From NCBI GenBank assembly GCA_035524455.1, contig DATKOU010000107.1, positions 1-44,555 on the forward strand: a stretch of DNA of 44,555 bases, in the 5' to 3' direction. The position numbers and the translations under genes were made by a program. This stretch comes from Thermodesulfovibrionales bacterium. GTDB lineage: Bacteria > Nitrospirota > Thermodesulfovibrionia > Thermodesulfovibrionales > UBA9159. The notes under the pieces were generated by a model, which was given only the letters and a program-made list of their open reading frames with translations, was not told where the DNA came from and ran no database searches. Positions 9,978 through 19,078 of this stretch are shown here, piece after piece (positions within the stretch are counted from its first letter, which is position 1; each line of letters begins with the position of its first letter).

Positions 9978-11243
9978 TTAGAATCTCCAGGTGAATCCGA
10001 ATTCGAGGCTGTCCTCATAGAGACTAGATTTAAGGGTCACCGGCTGTCCCGCAAAATTCGTACCGCTTTCACTGATGTCCTCTTTGAAGGCATGGGTGTA
10101 CCCGGCATTCACCGCAAACCGCTTTGAGATTTCATATCCGGCTCCAAAGGTGATATGCTGCTTGACGATGGCAGGGAATCCTATTATTCTGAAGGTTTCA
10201 TAATAGTAGGTCGGCATGTTATTTCCCTGAACGGAAATCATGTTAGGACCTGCTGGGGTGAGGCCCACGAAATTGCTATGTTCCCTCACAGGGTTGTTCG
10301 CATAGTTATATCCGATGCGCAGGGCAAGTGGCTTGATGGGTTTGTACTGTGCGCCGATTCCAAACACCCACTGGTCCTTCCAGTCGAAATCGTCATAGCC
10401 CTTGGCGTTTGCCCAGTTTATCCACTTTCCATTGACCTCCACCAGCAGCGTGTCCTTAATAGGCTCAACAGCTATTCCAAGCCCTATCTGCTGAGGGGAT
10501 GCAAGCTTCAGGCTCCCCACAGTACCGCCAAGATTAAGGACATTCTTATAATTGACCTCCTGTGGTGTCACATAGGTAAGGCCGAGGGAGAGCATATCCA
10601 AGGGCTTGTACAATGCCCCCAGTTGGACCCCAACACCGTAATTAAAGGAAGTGCCGCTTCCCAGGTCGAGGCTAGAATAGTCGATTTGAAGGTTAAGGCC
10701 GAAAGAGAGGTTTGGATTGACCGCATAGGCAATAGACGGGGCAAATTTCATTGCCTGGAGCTGGGTATATGAGCCCGCAATAAGGGGAGTTCCCGCAGGA
10801 AATGGCGGTGCGGGAAATGTGCCGGCGAGACCCGTGTTCCTGTAGTCAACGCCAAGGCCTGATACGCCGTAGGCTGAAAGTCCGAATCTCCAGTCAGTCG
10901 TGATCGGGACTGACAGACCGATGGCAGGTATCGCATAAACCTTCTTGTCACTGTCCGCGTTTACGGTCTGGCCGGAGGTCGTCACCGAACCGGTCACATT
11001 GGGCATGAACAGAGTTCCCGCAAAATTCACTTCGCTCCCCGGACAGTAAGGGCCAAAACACATGGCAGCAGGATTGGCAAAGACTGCGCTGATTGCATCC
11101 TGAGGAGCGGCGATACCCACCCCTCCCATGCCCCTCGAAATGGGACCGATACCGATAAGATTGTCACCGTTTGTCGCCATGGCCGGAGGCGTCACGACTG
11201 CGACCATCACTAATACCAGAAGCAACAAAAACAATTTTCGCAT
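9978..11243 (-). CDS. FadL/TodX-family outer-membrane channel for hydrophobic compounds
   Basis: Signal peptide ending AMA. N-terminal hatch-like segment GIGPISRGMGGVGIAAPQDAISAVFANPAAM. Alternating beta-strand pattern and a terminal ...FGFTWRF aromatic residue. GGAGGGAG SD. Confidence 0.8.
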   Translation of the reverse strand: MRKLFLLLLVLVMVAVVTPPAMATNGDNLIGIGPISRGMGGVGIAAPQDAISAVFANPAAMCFGPYCPGSEVNFAGTLFMPNVTGSVTTSGQTVNADSDKKVYAIPAIGLSVPITTDWRFGLSAYGVSGLGVDYRNTGLAGTFPAPPFPAGTPLIAGSYTQLQAMKFAPSIAYAVNPNLSFGLNLQIDYSSLDLGSGTSFNYGVGVQLGALYKPLDMLSLGLTYVTPQEVNYKNVLNLGGTVGSLKLASPQQIGLGIAVEPIKDTLLVEVNGKWINWANAKGYDDFDWKDQWVFGIGAQYKPIKPLALRIGYNYANNPVREHSNFVGLTPAGPNMISVQGNNMPTYYYETFRIIGFPAIVKQHITFGAGYEISKRFAVNAGYTHAFKEDISESGTNFAGQPVTLKSSLYEDSLEFGFTWRF

Positions 11244-11411
11244 TACTCCCTCCTTTTCATCCTTGATTTCTTGCCGCTTACTCCCTCAGCTTCCTTCTTC
11301 TCGATCGATTCTCCCCCCACCTCCTCTCCGCGAATAGCCACCCTATTTGAGATTGGCATTCACCATATCAACGATTTCATCCTGAATCTGACCAGGCATT
11401 GCTCCTTTTGA

Positions 11412-11651
11412 CTATTTCACTTTCTTAATCAGAAAGCTGAAGACATTATCTTTTTCATCCATCTCAACAAGTTCATTTCCCGTCCTTCTAAGCATGGCGG
11501 GGATGTCTGCCTTCGACCCTTTGTCCGTCACCTCAACAAGAAGGACCTGCCCTGGCTGCAGGGAATCCAGCGCCTTCTTTGTCTTTAGCACAGGCATCGG
11601 ACACGCGAGCCCTTTCAGGTCGACGGCTAAGTTCGCTTTTGACTTATCCAC
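11412..11651 (-). CDS. tusA: TusA/SirA-family sulfurtransferase
   Basis: 79 aa with the diagnostic LKGLACPMPVLKTKKAL (CPxP) active-site motif. GTG start with AGAGGTGAG upstream. Confidence 0.85.
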   Translation of the reverse strand: MDKSKANLAVDLKGLACPMPVLKTKKALDSLQPGQVLLVEVTDKGSKADIPAMLRRTGNELVEMDEKDNVFSFLIKKVK

Positions 11652-11700
11652 AGTATCTCACCTCTCTTTTCCTCCTTAATTTTTCCTGAGTTTCGGCGAA

Positions 11701-12180
11701 TCAAATAAACAGGCTTATATTTGCATCAAGTGCAAAATCCAGGAACTCAGCAGCCCCCGCCACCTCAACCCCCTCAACGAGGTCCTCCTTGGACAGCCCT
11801 GTCATCTCCAGGGTTGGAGTACACGCGATCATCTTCACCCCGGACTCTAAACAGACATGCAGGAGCTCGGGGATCGTAGGCCAGTTGATTTTCTTGATCA
11901 TGCCCTTCATCATCATCGTGGCCATGCCGGTCATTCCAGGCAGCACGCCAAGGATGTTCGGGAATGGAACAGGGGAAGGCATTGCAGGGTTTGCGATGGG
12001 GGCAACCTGAAGAGAATGGTATTTTTTCTTGTTCACGATGTCCACACCATAGAGGGTAAAAAATATCTCCACCTCCACATCCATGGCCACTGCAGTAGAT
12101 GCAAGGATTAACGGGGGATATGCCATGTCAAGAGTTCCTTTTGATGCAATAAGTGCCATTCGCTTTTTCTTCTCTTCCAT
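11701..12180 (-). CDS. DsrE/DsrF-like sulfur-relay family protein (DsrE2/DsrE3-like)
   Basis: 159 aa. N-terminal MALIASKGTLDMAYPPLILASTA... and a conserved Cys in MIACTPT. First gene of the operon, directly upstream of tusA. Confidence 0.75.
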   Translation of the reverse strand: MEEKKKRMALIASKGTLDMAYPPLILASTAVAMDVEVEIFFTLYGVDIVNKKKYHSLQVAPIANPAMPSPVPFPNILGVLPGMTGMATMMMKGMIKKINWPTIPELLHVCLESGVKMIACTPTLEMTGLSKEDLVEGVEVAGAAEFLDFALDANISLFI

Positions 12181-12213
12181 ATTTTCACCTCCGATAGTTA
12201 CACGTTATCGTAA

Positions 12214-12242
12214 AGTATAGTGAAGTCAGAGGGGCTTGTCAA
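12214..12242 (-). promoter_or_regulatory. Near-consensus sigma70 promoter for the dsrE-like/tusA/OMP/yeeE operon
   Basis: The minus strand reads TTGACA, a 17-nt spacer, then TATACT. A GGAGGT SD and the dsrE-like ATG follow about 30 nt downstream. Confidence 0.55.
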
Positions 12243-12329
12243 CAATATTCGAATAAACTAAACTATAGGCATAAAAATACTTTGACTGAGGTTTCTTGAG
12301 AGATTTCTCATGAATTTTCCTGTAGATTC

Positions 12330-13073
12330 CTATATGCGAGGCTGCAGGAGGGGGTCCTTCATCCCCGCCTCTGCAAAACCTTTTGCTCTAAAGATGCAGC
12401 TGTCGCATTTTTCACAGGGAACATAGATAGTGCAGAAGTTTGAAAGTCTGAAATCTTCACTTTGAGTTTTTCTTGGCTGCGGATCATAGCAGCTCCATGT
12501 GAGAGAATAATCCAGCCCCAGATCCTTTCCTTTTCTTATTATCTCCTTTTTTGTCAGAAAAAGGAGCGGGGCTTTTATCCTGAACCTGAGTTTCCCTTCA
12601 ACGGATGCCTTAGTGGCAAGATTTGCCATATCTTCAAAGGCTTTCAGATAAGCAGGACGGCAGTCCGGATAGCCGCTGTAGTCAACCGTATTCGCACCAA
12701 TAACTATGTCCTCTGCCTCCAAAACCTCTGCCCATGCCAAGCCAAAGGAAAGAAAGATGGTGTTACGTGCAGGAACATAGGTTACAGGGACCGGGGATGG
12801 GATATCTGCTTTCTTGCCAATCCCTGACTTCGGTACTTCCATCTCCGATGTGAGGGCAGACCCGCCTATTTCCCTGAGGTCAACCTTTATGATGAGATGC
12901 CTTGCGACACCTAAACTTTGTGCCACCCTCTTCGCTGACTCCAACTCCCTGTTATGCCTCTGACCATAGTCGAAACTGAGAGCGTAGACGTCGTGACCCT
13001 CTGCCAGGAAAATCGCAAGCGCGGTTGACGAGTCAATACCCCCGCTTAACAAGGCTACCGCTTTATTACCCAT
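12330..13073 (-). CDS. queC: 7-cyano-7-deazaguanine synthase
   Basis: PP-loop [10 protein letters not shown] and a C-terminal zinc-binding Cys cluster (C..C..C..C). Confidence 0.95.
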   Translation of the reverse strand: MGNKAVALLSGGIDSSTALAIFLAEGHDVYALSFDYGQRHNRELESAKRVAQSLGVARHLIIKVDLREIGGSALTSEMEVPKSGIGKKADIPSPVPVTYVPARNTIFLSFGLAWAEVLEAEDIVIGANTVDYSGYPDCRPAYLKAFEDMANLATKASVEGKLRFRIKAPLLFLTKKEIIRKGKDLGLDYSLTWSCYDPQPRKTQSEDFRLSNFCTIYVPCEKCDSCIFRAKGFAEAGMKDPLLQPRI

Positions 13074-13142
13074 TTTCTTCCAAACAAAAGCTCAGCCTCC
13101 AAAAAAAGTCCACGTTTTGAGAGGAAAGCCTGAGGTTAAGCA

Positions 13143-14231
13143 TCAATACAGGTCATCTGCAGTACCCGCTTTCCCGTCAGGACCTGTGCTCAAAATCATC
13201 ACATTTCCGCTCTCGACGCTATATATAAAGGGTCTTCCCCAGGAATCCCTGGCATCGCCGATCTGATTTATCTGCGAAGGGTACGAACCATTCCTGTATC
13301 TATAGACCTCTGCCATGAATCTCAGCTCTTCGATAGTACTCACAGTTCTTAGCCTGGCAAATGAATCACCATTCCAGGAAAGGGAAAACCCCCTCTGAGT
13401 TCCCGTCCCCTGGAAGACCGCTGCAATCAATGAGATGATAAGGGTGAGGCATAATGCGGCAGGGACAAAGAACCTTGCCAATGGTCTTTCCCGGTGGACA
13501 ACCGGGATGGCCACCCGTTCTGCTTTCACAGGAGCGGCTTTCACCGGTTCAATAATTTCCCTTTCCAGGAGAGAAAGGAATATCCTGGATGCCTGAAAAT
13601 CTTCCATACCGCAGAGATCAATGATAATGCTCACATCATTTTCCCCATCAACAAAATTGAGTATGGTTTCTTCCTCGGTGGTCAATGCGGGACCTGTCTT
13701 TCCCGTGATGGTGAACACTGTTTCCGGAAGGATCTTCCCTTCTGCGAGGGACCATTCGTCCATAATGCGTAAGCCTTCCATGAGGAGGTGCTGCGTGTCC
13801 AGTGTGAGCGCAAGATCCTTGCTCACCGAAACTTCCTGGGACTGAAACTCGTACGTACCTTCTTTCCAAGAAAACAGCTGCACTACCGTCTCGGTCATCT
13901 GCGAGATGAGTGTTTCCTTGATATCTTCCTTGGTGACCAGTCCTTTTCTGAGAAACACATCTCCAATCCTTGCACCTGTTCTTTTCTGTTCCTCAAGGGT
14001 AGACCTAAGGTCTTCTCCTTTTATAAGCCCCTTCTTCAGCAGAATCTTGCCCAGCCTGTTATCCTCCATCCGCTTTCGTGACTCTGCCGATACCACATTG
14101 CCTTCGGAAAAGATCAGTTGAACCTTGTCCCTGTGCCCGCTCAGGGAAAGAATGCCGCTCTTTTTCTGGAAATAGATCAGTTGCAGGATGTCCGCAAGAC
14201 CAAAATCCGTCAGAGATCCTTCTAAAGCCAT
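13143..14231 (-). CDS. DUF4388 (PatA-N-like) domain protein with one TM helix and a type II secretion protein G-like C-terminal domain
   Basis: N-terminal GSLTDFGLADILQLIYFQKKSGILSL is typical of DUF4388. A TM helix lies near residue 250. The C-terminus YPSQINQIGD..DSWGRPFIYS....STGPDGKAGTADDLY resembles the globular domain of GspG-type pseudopilins. Confidence 0.6.
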   Translation of the reverse strand: MALEGSLTDFGLADILQLIYFQKKSGILSLSGHRDKVQLIFSEGNVVSAESRKRMEDNRLGKILLKKGLIKGEDLRSTLEEQKRTGARIGDVFLRKGLVTKEDIKETLISQMTETVVQLFSWKEGTYEFQSQEVSVSKDLALTLDTQHLLMEGLRIMDEWSLAEGKILPETVFTITGKTGPALTTEEETILNFVDGENDVSIIIDLCGMEDFQASRIFLSLLEREIIEPVKAAPVKAERVAIPVVHRERPLARFFVPAALCLTLIISLIAAVFQGTGTQRGFSLSWNGDSFARLRTVSTIEELRFMAEVYRYRNGSYPSQINQIGDARDSWGRPFIYSVESGNVMILSTGPDGKAGTADDLY

Positions 14232-15919
14232 CCCTTACGTATCCCCCTCCCTATATGCAAAATGGAGAACAGATAAGTGAATGCCATGAGCATCACTGCG
14301 AGCGGTGTTATCCAGGCATGGCTGAATGGCCAGATCCCCACGGTGGGAAGGTTGTTCAATAGAAACAAAACAAGGGAGAAAGAAAACGGCCACAACAATA
14401 AGAGACCGAGCAGTATCTTGCCCGAGTATATCTGGCCTGCCCCCGGGAGCACACAAGAGAGTATTTTTGCTCTTTTCCTCCGTCTTGTTTTGCTCTCGTA
14501 TACGGAGAGCAACCTCGCGATTCTCTCTTTGGAATCCACCTCATCCATCTTTGTGAGCGAAGTGTAACACTGGGGACACATCTCTCCCCACGTAATAACC
14601 CTTGAACACCTGCTACAGAATACTGCGCTGCACCTCTTGCACCTTTGCGCCCTATGCCCCGTCCCTTTATTGAGGAGATAAAAGCCAGGGATCATCAGAA
14701 ACGCCATGAGAGTAATGAGGAGAGGAAACCTGTAAAGAGAACCGTTCCCCATCCCTAACGCGTACTCCCAGAGCGCAGAGGGGGGGAGCATCTCGTCCAC
14801 TACAAAACGGTTCGGACCAGTGCCTGAACGGGAAGTGAATTTGGATACGGCCTCAGGATTAAGCTTGGCAGCCTCGAGGAAATATTCGTCTCCCTTCGCA
14901 AAGTCAAGCATCTCCCTGTGAAGCTGGCTTAGATTGTAATACGCAGAGGGGAGGGGCGAACGCTGGAGGGCCTTCTGATAGGAATCTTCTGCTGCTGCCC
15001 TGTTTTGAACCGCATAGTATGCATTCCCGAGGTTCACGAAGAGACGGGGGCCTGACCTGCTTGAGTCTCCCATAAGACTCAAGTACGACTCTATCGCTTC
15101 ATTAAAGTTACCCTCCCTCTTAAGCGCCAGGGTATGGGAGAATCGGGAGGCGAAGTCTTCTCTCCCTTTAATGGCCCATAACGCATACCTGTTGTTCTTC
15201 CCTTCGTTCACTTCCACTATTGCCCTCAGCCTAGGTGAGGGCGCCGAAAAGAATTTACCTTCCACATTCAGAAGGGTTGGCGCAAAAAGAAAGAACAAGA
15301 GGGCTGCATACACCACCACCTTATTCTCTTTCTTGAAATAACCCCCGATAAGAAAAAATATCCCCGCGATGAGCGCAATGGGCCCGAACAGGGAAAGGAT
15401 GACAGGGACGAGCAGGAGAACCAGTCGCCTTTGGTCCTCCATCCCGTCGTGTGAAACAAGACCAGCGTCCATGAAGATCCTGATAATCAGAATCAGAACA
15501 AGGGAGAACACAAGAGAGATGAGAATGCTCGAATAGAGCAATCCCAAAAGGGTAAATGCCCACCAAAAATTCCTCCCGTAAGCCTTAATTCCTTCCCTGA
15601 AAGAATCAATTGCCTGGAATATATCACCCATGAAAAGACGCTCACTGGCAAGTGCAAAGTACACTGCCGGCAGGTCAGGGGAATACTGTTTTGCCATTTT
15701 CAGAAAATCCCTTGCATTTGCCGGTTCTTGGTGGGCCTTTGCGATGAAAAGATACGAGTACGGCTCTGTGGTGGAGAGTCCGCGGTCCAGCCTCGACTGA
15801 TAGAGATCCTCGACTCCTTCACAAGGCCCGGCTCCATGAACAAAGCCCCATATGCCGAGCAGCACAATCCAGACCGTAAAGGTTTTGGACTTAGAATGTG
15901 CGACTGTAAACTTTGCCAT
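14222..15919 (-). CDS. Polytopic membrane protein with TPR repeats and a double zinc-ribbon
   Basis: Several TM helices, TPR-like AYYNLSQLH/GNAYYAVQN repeats, a CKRCSAVFCSRCS....CPQC zinc ribbon and a C-terminal LPGAGQIYSGK membrane module. Overlaps the downstream gene by 10 nt. Confidence 0.6.
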   Translation of the reverse strand: MAKFTVAHSKSKTFTVWIVLLGIWGFVHGAGPCEGVEDLYQSRLDRGLSTTEPYSYLFIAKAHQEPANARDFLKMAKQYSPDLPAVYFALASERLFMGDIFQAIDSFREGIKAYGRNFWWAFTLLGLLYSSILISLVFSLVLILIIRIFMDAGLVSHDGMEDQRRLVLLLVPVILSLFGPIALIAGIFFLIGGYFKKENKVVVYAALLFFLFAPTLLNVEGKFFSAPSPRLRAIVEVNEGKNNRYALWAIKGREDFASRFSHTLALKREGNFNEAIESYLSLMGDSSRSGPRLFVNLGNAYYAVQNRAAAEDSYQKALQRSPLPSAYYNLSQLHREMLDFAKGDEYFLEAAKLNPEAVSKFTSRSGTGPNRFVVDEMLPPSALWEYALGMGNGSLYRFPLLITLMAFLMIPGFYLLNKGTGHRAQRCKRCSAVFCSRCSRVITWGEMCPQCYTSLTKMDEVDSKERIARLLSVYESKTRRRKRAKILSCVLPGAGQIYSGKILLGLLLLWPFSFSLVLFLLNNLPTVGIWPFSHAWITPLAVMLMAFTYLFSILHIGRGIRKGWL

Positions 15920-16506
15920 TAAACCCTCTTTCCTATTTTGGGTTCTGTCCCCTGTAGTAATCTCTTTATATTATCAGTATGCCGTAAGACAAGCAAAGAC
16001 GCGATCAGGATTGATACGATCAGTTTTTCCTGTGTATAGTCTAGTACATATACGCCTAGAGGTAAAACCCCAAAAGAGACTAGGGCTCCAAGAGAAGAAT
16101 AGCGCGTGACCAGTATTACAATAAGCCAGAGAATGACGGTAAGCACCCCCACCTTGGGAGAATAGATCAGCAGGACGCCAATGCTTGTGGCAACTCCTTT
16201 GCCTCCCCTAAACCTGAGAAACAAAGAGAAATTATGTCCCACTATTGCGGATAATCCCATGATACCTTCCAGGGACGGACTCTGGAAAAAGTATTTTCCC
16301 ACGACAACCGCGAGGGAGCCCTTCAATACATCTCCGACCAGGGTGAGGAGTGCAGGACCTTTCCCCATCGCTCTTAACACATTAGTAGCACCTATGTTTC
16401 CGCTGCCCACCTTTTTCAGGTTCACCCCGTATACTCTTGCAACCACGACCCCGAAGGGGATTGAACCCAGGAGAAACGCAAAGAGTATCAGGGAAAAAAC
16501 GTTCAT
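15919..16506 (-). CDS. plsY: Glycerol-3-phosphate acyltransferase PlsY
   Basis: LLGSIPFGVVVARVYGVNLKKVGSGNIGATNVLRAMG. The start at 16506 gives an ATGA overlap with the pgsA stop. The N-terminal 88 codons of the track ORF are not PlsY-like. Confidence 0.9.
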   Translation of the reverse strand: MNVFSLILFAFLLGSIPFGVVVARVYGVNLKKVGSGNIGATNVLRAMGKGPALLTLVGDVLKGSLAVVVGKYFFQSPSLEGIMGLSAIVGHNFSLFLRFRGGKGVATSIGVLLIYSPKVGVLTVILWLIVILVTRYSSLGALVSFGVLPLGVYVLDYTQEKLIVSILIASLLVLRHTDNIKRLLQGTEPKIGKRV

Positions 16507-17027
16507 ATCTTTTTCCAGAATGAAACAGTGTACTGAACACCTGACACGATCGAAAGTATCAGGGCTATCCATATGGAAAGTATTCCCACATCGTAAAGGT
16601 CGATACCAAAGATATCCGTACTGATGATTAGGCAGAGGATTGCGGTGATCTGGAAGGCTGTCTTGAGTTTTCCCCCCATCTCCGCGGGTATCACGATATC
16701 CTTTGAAAGTGCTACTGCCCTGAGCCCTGTGACGAGAAATTCTCTCACAATGATGGTGATGGCAATCCATGCAGAAAGCCTCGCCATGTCTACAAGGAGG
16801 ATGAGGGCGGATATTACAAGAAATTTGTCAGCGATGGGGTCAAGGATAATCCCAAACTTTGTAATTTGTCCGGTCCTTCTCGCAAGGTAGCCGTCAAGGA
16901 AATCAGTAATTGACGCAACACCGAAAATCAGGGCGCCCAGGAACGGTCTGTCGGGTGCAACGAGGACAAAAAAAGGGATGAGCACAATTCTGCTGAGGGT
17001 TATGAGTGTGGGAAGGTTAAGCCTCAA
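16503..17027 (-). CDS. pgsA: CDP-diacylglycerol--glycerol-3-phosphate 3-phosphatidyltransferase
   Basis: CDP-alcohol phosphatidyltransferase motif DFLDGYLARR....G..LDP.ADK. Confidence 0.9.
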   Translation of the reverse strand: MRLNLPTLITLSRIVLIPFFVLVAPDRPFLGALIFGVASITDFLDGYLARRTGQITKFGIILDPIADKFLVISALILLVDMARLSAWIAITIIVREFLVTGLRAVALSKDIVIPAEMGGKLKTAFQITAILCLIISTDIFGIDLYDVGILSIWIALILSIVSGVQYTVSFWKKI

Positions 17028-17556
17028 AATACTCCTTCGTCACGGATTCCCAGAGCCCTTTTGCCTTAAGGAGAAAATCACAGACTTCGCGCACCGCACC
17101 TCTCCCCCCGCGGTGTCGTGTGACCACTGCTGCGTGATCCCTTGCTTCGTCCGCTGCATCACTCACTGCAATGGGGACTCCAACTCTCTTAAAAATGGGA
17201 ATATCTACTATGTCATCTCCCACGTACGCAACTTCTTTCTCTGTGAGGCCGTATTTTTCGATGATGTGATCAAATGCCACAGTCTTAATGTGACACCGCT
17301 GATAGACCTCTGTGATCCCCAGTTCACGGGCCCTTCGCTCCACAACCTTTGAATGCCTCCCGGTAATAAGGGCAACCCAAATGCCTGCCTTGACAAGCAT
17401 CTTTATGCCATGGCCATCCCTCACATTGAATATCTTGAATTCGTTCCCCTCGTTGTCCAGGATGATACTTCCGTCGGTGAGGACCCCATCCACATCAAGG
17501 ATGAGAAGTTTGACGTCCTTTGCGATCCCCTGAAGTTCTTTCTCACCCCTTTTCAT
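17017..17556 (-). CDS. kdsC: 3-deoxy-D-manno-octulosonate 8-phosphate phosphatase (HAD family)
   Basis: HAD motif I LLILDVDGVLTDG, GDDIVD motif, and its position next to kdsD. Confidence 0.85.
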   Translation of the reverse strand: MKRGEKELQGIAKDVKLLILDVDGVLTDGSIILDNEGNEFKIFNVRDGHGIKMLVKAGIWVALITGRHSKVVERRARELGITEVYQRCHIKTVAFDHIIEKYGLTEKEVAYVGDDIVDIPIFKRVGVPIAVSDAADEARDHAAVVTRHRGGRGAVREVCDFLLKAKGLWESVTKEYFEA

Positions 17557-18522
17557 TTACACAATCCCCTGTTTCAGAATATCATGGAGGTGGATGACAC
17601 CCTTTGCCCTTCCCTCTCCGTCCGGCACCACAAGGGAGGTAATGGAGTAGTTCTCCATCAGAGACAACGCCCTTGCAGCGAGCTCGTCCTCAGAAATCAT
17701 CCTGGGATGCGGTATCATGGCCTCCCCTACCTTCAAGTCAAAAAACGCCGCACCCTTTTTCTCGATCCCCCGTCTCAGATCGCCGTCAGTGATAATACCG
17801 AGAATTTTTTTCTCGGCGTCAGCAACAATGGTGACGCCGAGGCGTTTAGATGATATCTCCATAACGGCGCGTAACATCGGGGTTTCAGGAGAAACGACGG
17901 GAAGGGCATCTCCTGTGTGCATAAGGTCTTTCACCTTTATGAAGAGCTTTTTCCCAAGGCTGCCGTGGGGATGGAAGAAAGCAAAATCCTCCTCTTTAAA
18001 TCCCCGCTTGATCAGGAGGGCCACCGCAATCGCATCCCCCATGGCCATTGCTGCGGTAGTGGATGCGGTGGGAACAATCCCAAGGGGACATGCCTCTTCC
18101 TGTACCGAGACATCAAGGTTCACATCCGCCGTCTTTGCCAGGGTAGAATCGTTCTTTCCGGTCACAGAGATAAGACCAACATCGAACCTCTTCAGAAAAG
18201 GGAGCAGACACACCAGTTCTTCGGTTTCACCGCTGTTTGATATGGCAATGACTACGTCATCGGATGTGACCATGCCGAGGTCTCCGTGCGTTGCCTCTGC
18301 AGGGTGCAGAAAAAAAGCGGGCGTGCCTGTTGATGCCAGGGTAGCCGCAATCTTCTTTCCCACAAGACCTGACTTGCCCATGCCGGTGACCACGACCCTG
18401 CCCCTGCTCCGGTAGATGAGATCGACCGCCCCTTCGAAACTACTATCAATCTTTTCGATAAGGGCAAAGACCGCATCCGCTTCGGTCTTGAGCACTTTTC
18501 TTGCGATATCAAGAATATTCAT
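17557..18522 (-). CDS. kdsD: Arabinose-5-phosphate isomerase (SIS domain plus tandem CBS domains)
   Basis: SIS motif VVVTGMGKSGLVGKKIAATLASTG, followed by two CBS repeats. Confidence 0.9.
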   Translation of the reverse strand: MNILDIARKVLKTEADAVFALIEKIDSSFEGAVDLIYRSRGRVVVTGMGKSGLVGKKIAATLASTGTPAFFLHPAEATHGDLGMVTSDDVVIAISNSGETEELVCLLPFLKRFDVGLISVTGKNDSTLAKTADVNLDVSVQEEACPLGIVPTASTTAAMAMGDAIAVALLIKRGFKEEDFAFFHPHGSLGKKLFIKVKDLMHTGDALPVVSPETPMLRAVMEISSKRLGVTIVADAEKKILGIITDGDLRRGIEKKGAAFFDLKVGEAMIPHPRMISEDELAARALSLMENYSITSLVVPDGEGRAKGVIHLHDILKQGIV

Positions 18523-18541
18523 CTCTCACACTGCACTTCTT

Positions 18542-19075
18542 TCACCATTTACCAATCAAACTGGCAGCGTAGCCATCCTGGAGGGATAGCCCTCCGGTGG
18601 GCATCATCTTCCAGGTCCGCAAGGTCTCGTTCTGACTCTTTGAGTTGCCTTCTCGATTTCTCGAGCTTCTCCTCGGCACTCTTTTTTTCTTTCCGCCACT
18701 TTCCTTCAGGTCAGTGAGGACCTTTTCTTTGTTGAGAACTTCTTCTTGGTTCTTTTCAATCTTCCTTCTGTAAGAAGTGGCCTTCTTGCACCAGTATTCT
18801 TGCTCCTTCTGGCTTTCTCCTTTCTTTGCCGTTTCTCCCTTGTCTCCAGCTTTGTCGTGCTTCACTGCCGAATTCCCGTCATCTGCAGGTTGCCTGTATT
18901 TCTTGACGTCCTCATTTGTAAAGTAAGGTGCATCGTCTGCTGGCTTGCTCTCTGCTCCCATGACAGAAAGAAAGAAAAAAACATTGAGAAGGATTGTCCA
19001 TGAGATTATCAAAAACGTATGAATATTTTGTCCTTTTTCTCTACCGTACTCAACCTTAGTGACTGACCCTCTCAT
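18542..19075 (-). CDS. Hypothetical secreted or membrane-anchored Lys/Glu-rich coiled-coil protein; reading frame probably disrupted at an A7 run
   Basis: N-terminal hydrophobic segment, then a charged coiled coil. After the homopolymer at 18682-18688, the -1 frame stays open to 18549 and looks more protein-like than the track frame (see findings). Confidence 0.45.
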   Translation of the reverse strand: MRGSVTKVEYGREKGQNIHTFLIISWTILLNVFFFLSVMGAESKPADDAPYFTNEDVKKYRQPADDGNSAVKHDKAGDKGETAKKGESQKEQEYWCKKATSYRRKIEKNQEEVLNKEKVLTDLKESGGKKKRVPRRSSRNREGNSKSQNETLRTWKMMPTGGLSLQDGYAASLIGKW

Positions 19076-19078
19076 TTT

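Noticed and set aside
13074-13142. A possible preQ1 riboswitch upstream of queC.
   Set aside because: The 69-nt spacer lacks the small hairpin plus A-rich tail consensus of preQ1-I/II aptamers. queC appears to be read through from the upstream gene.
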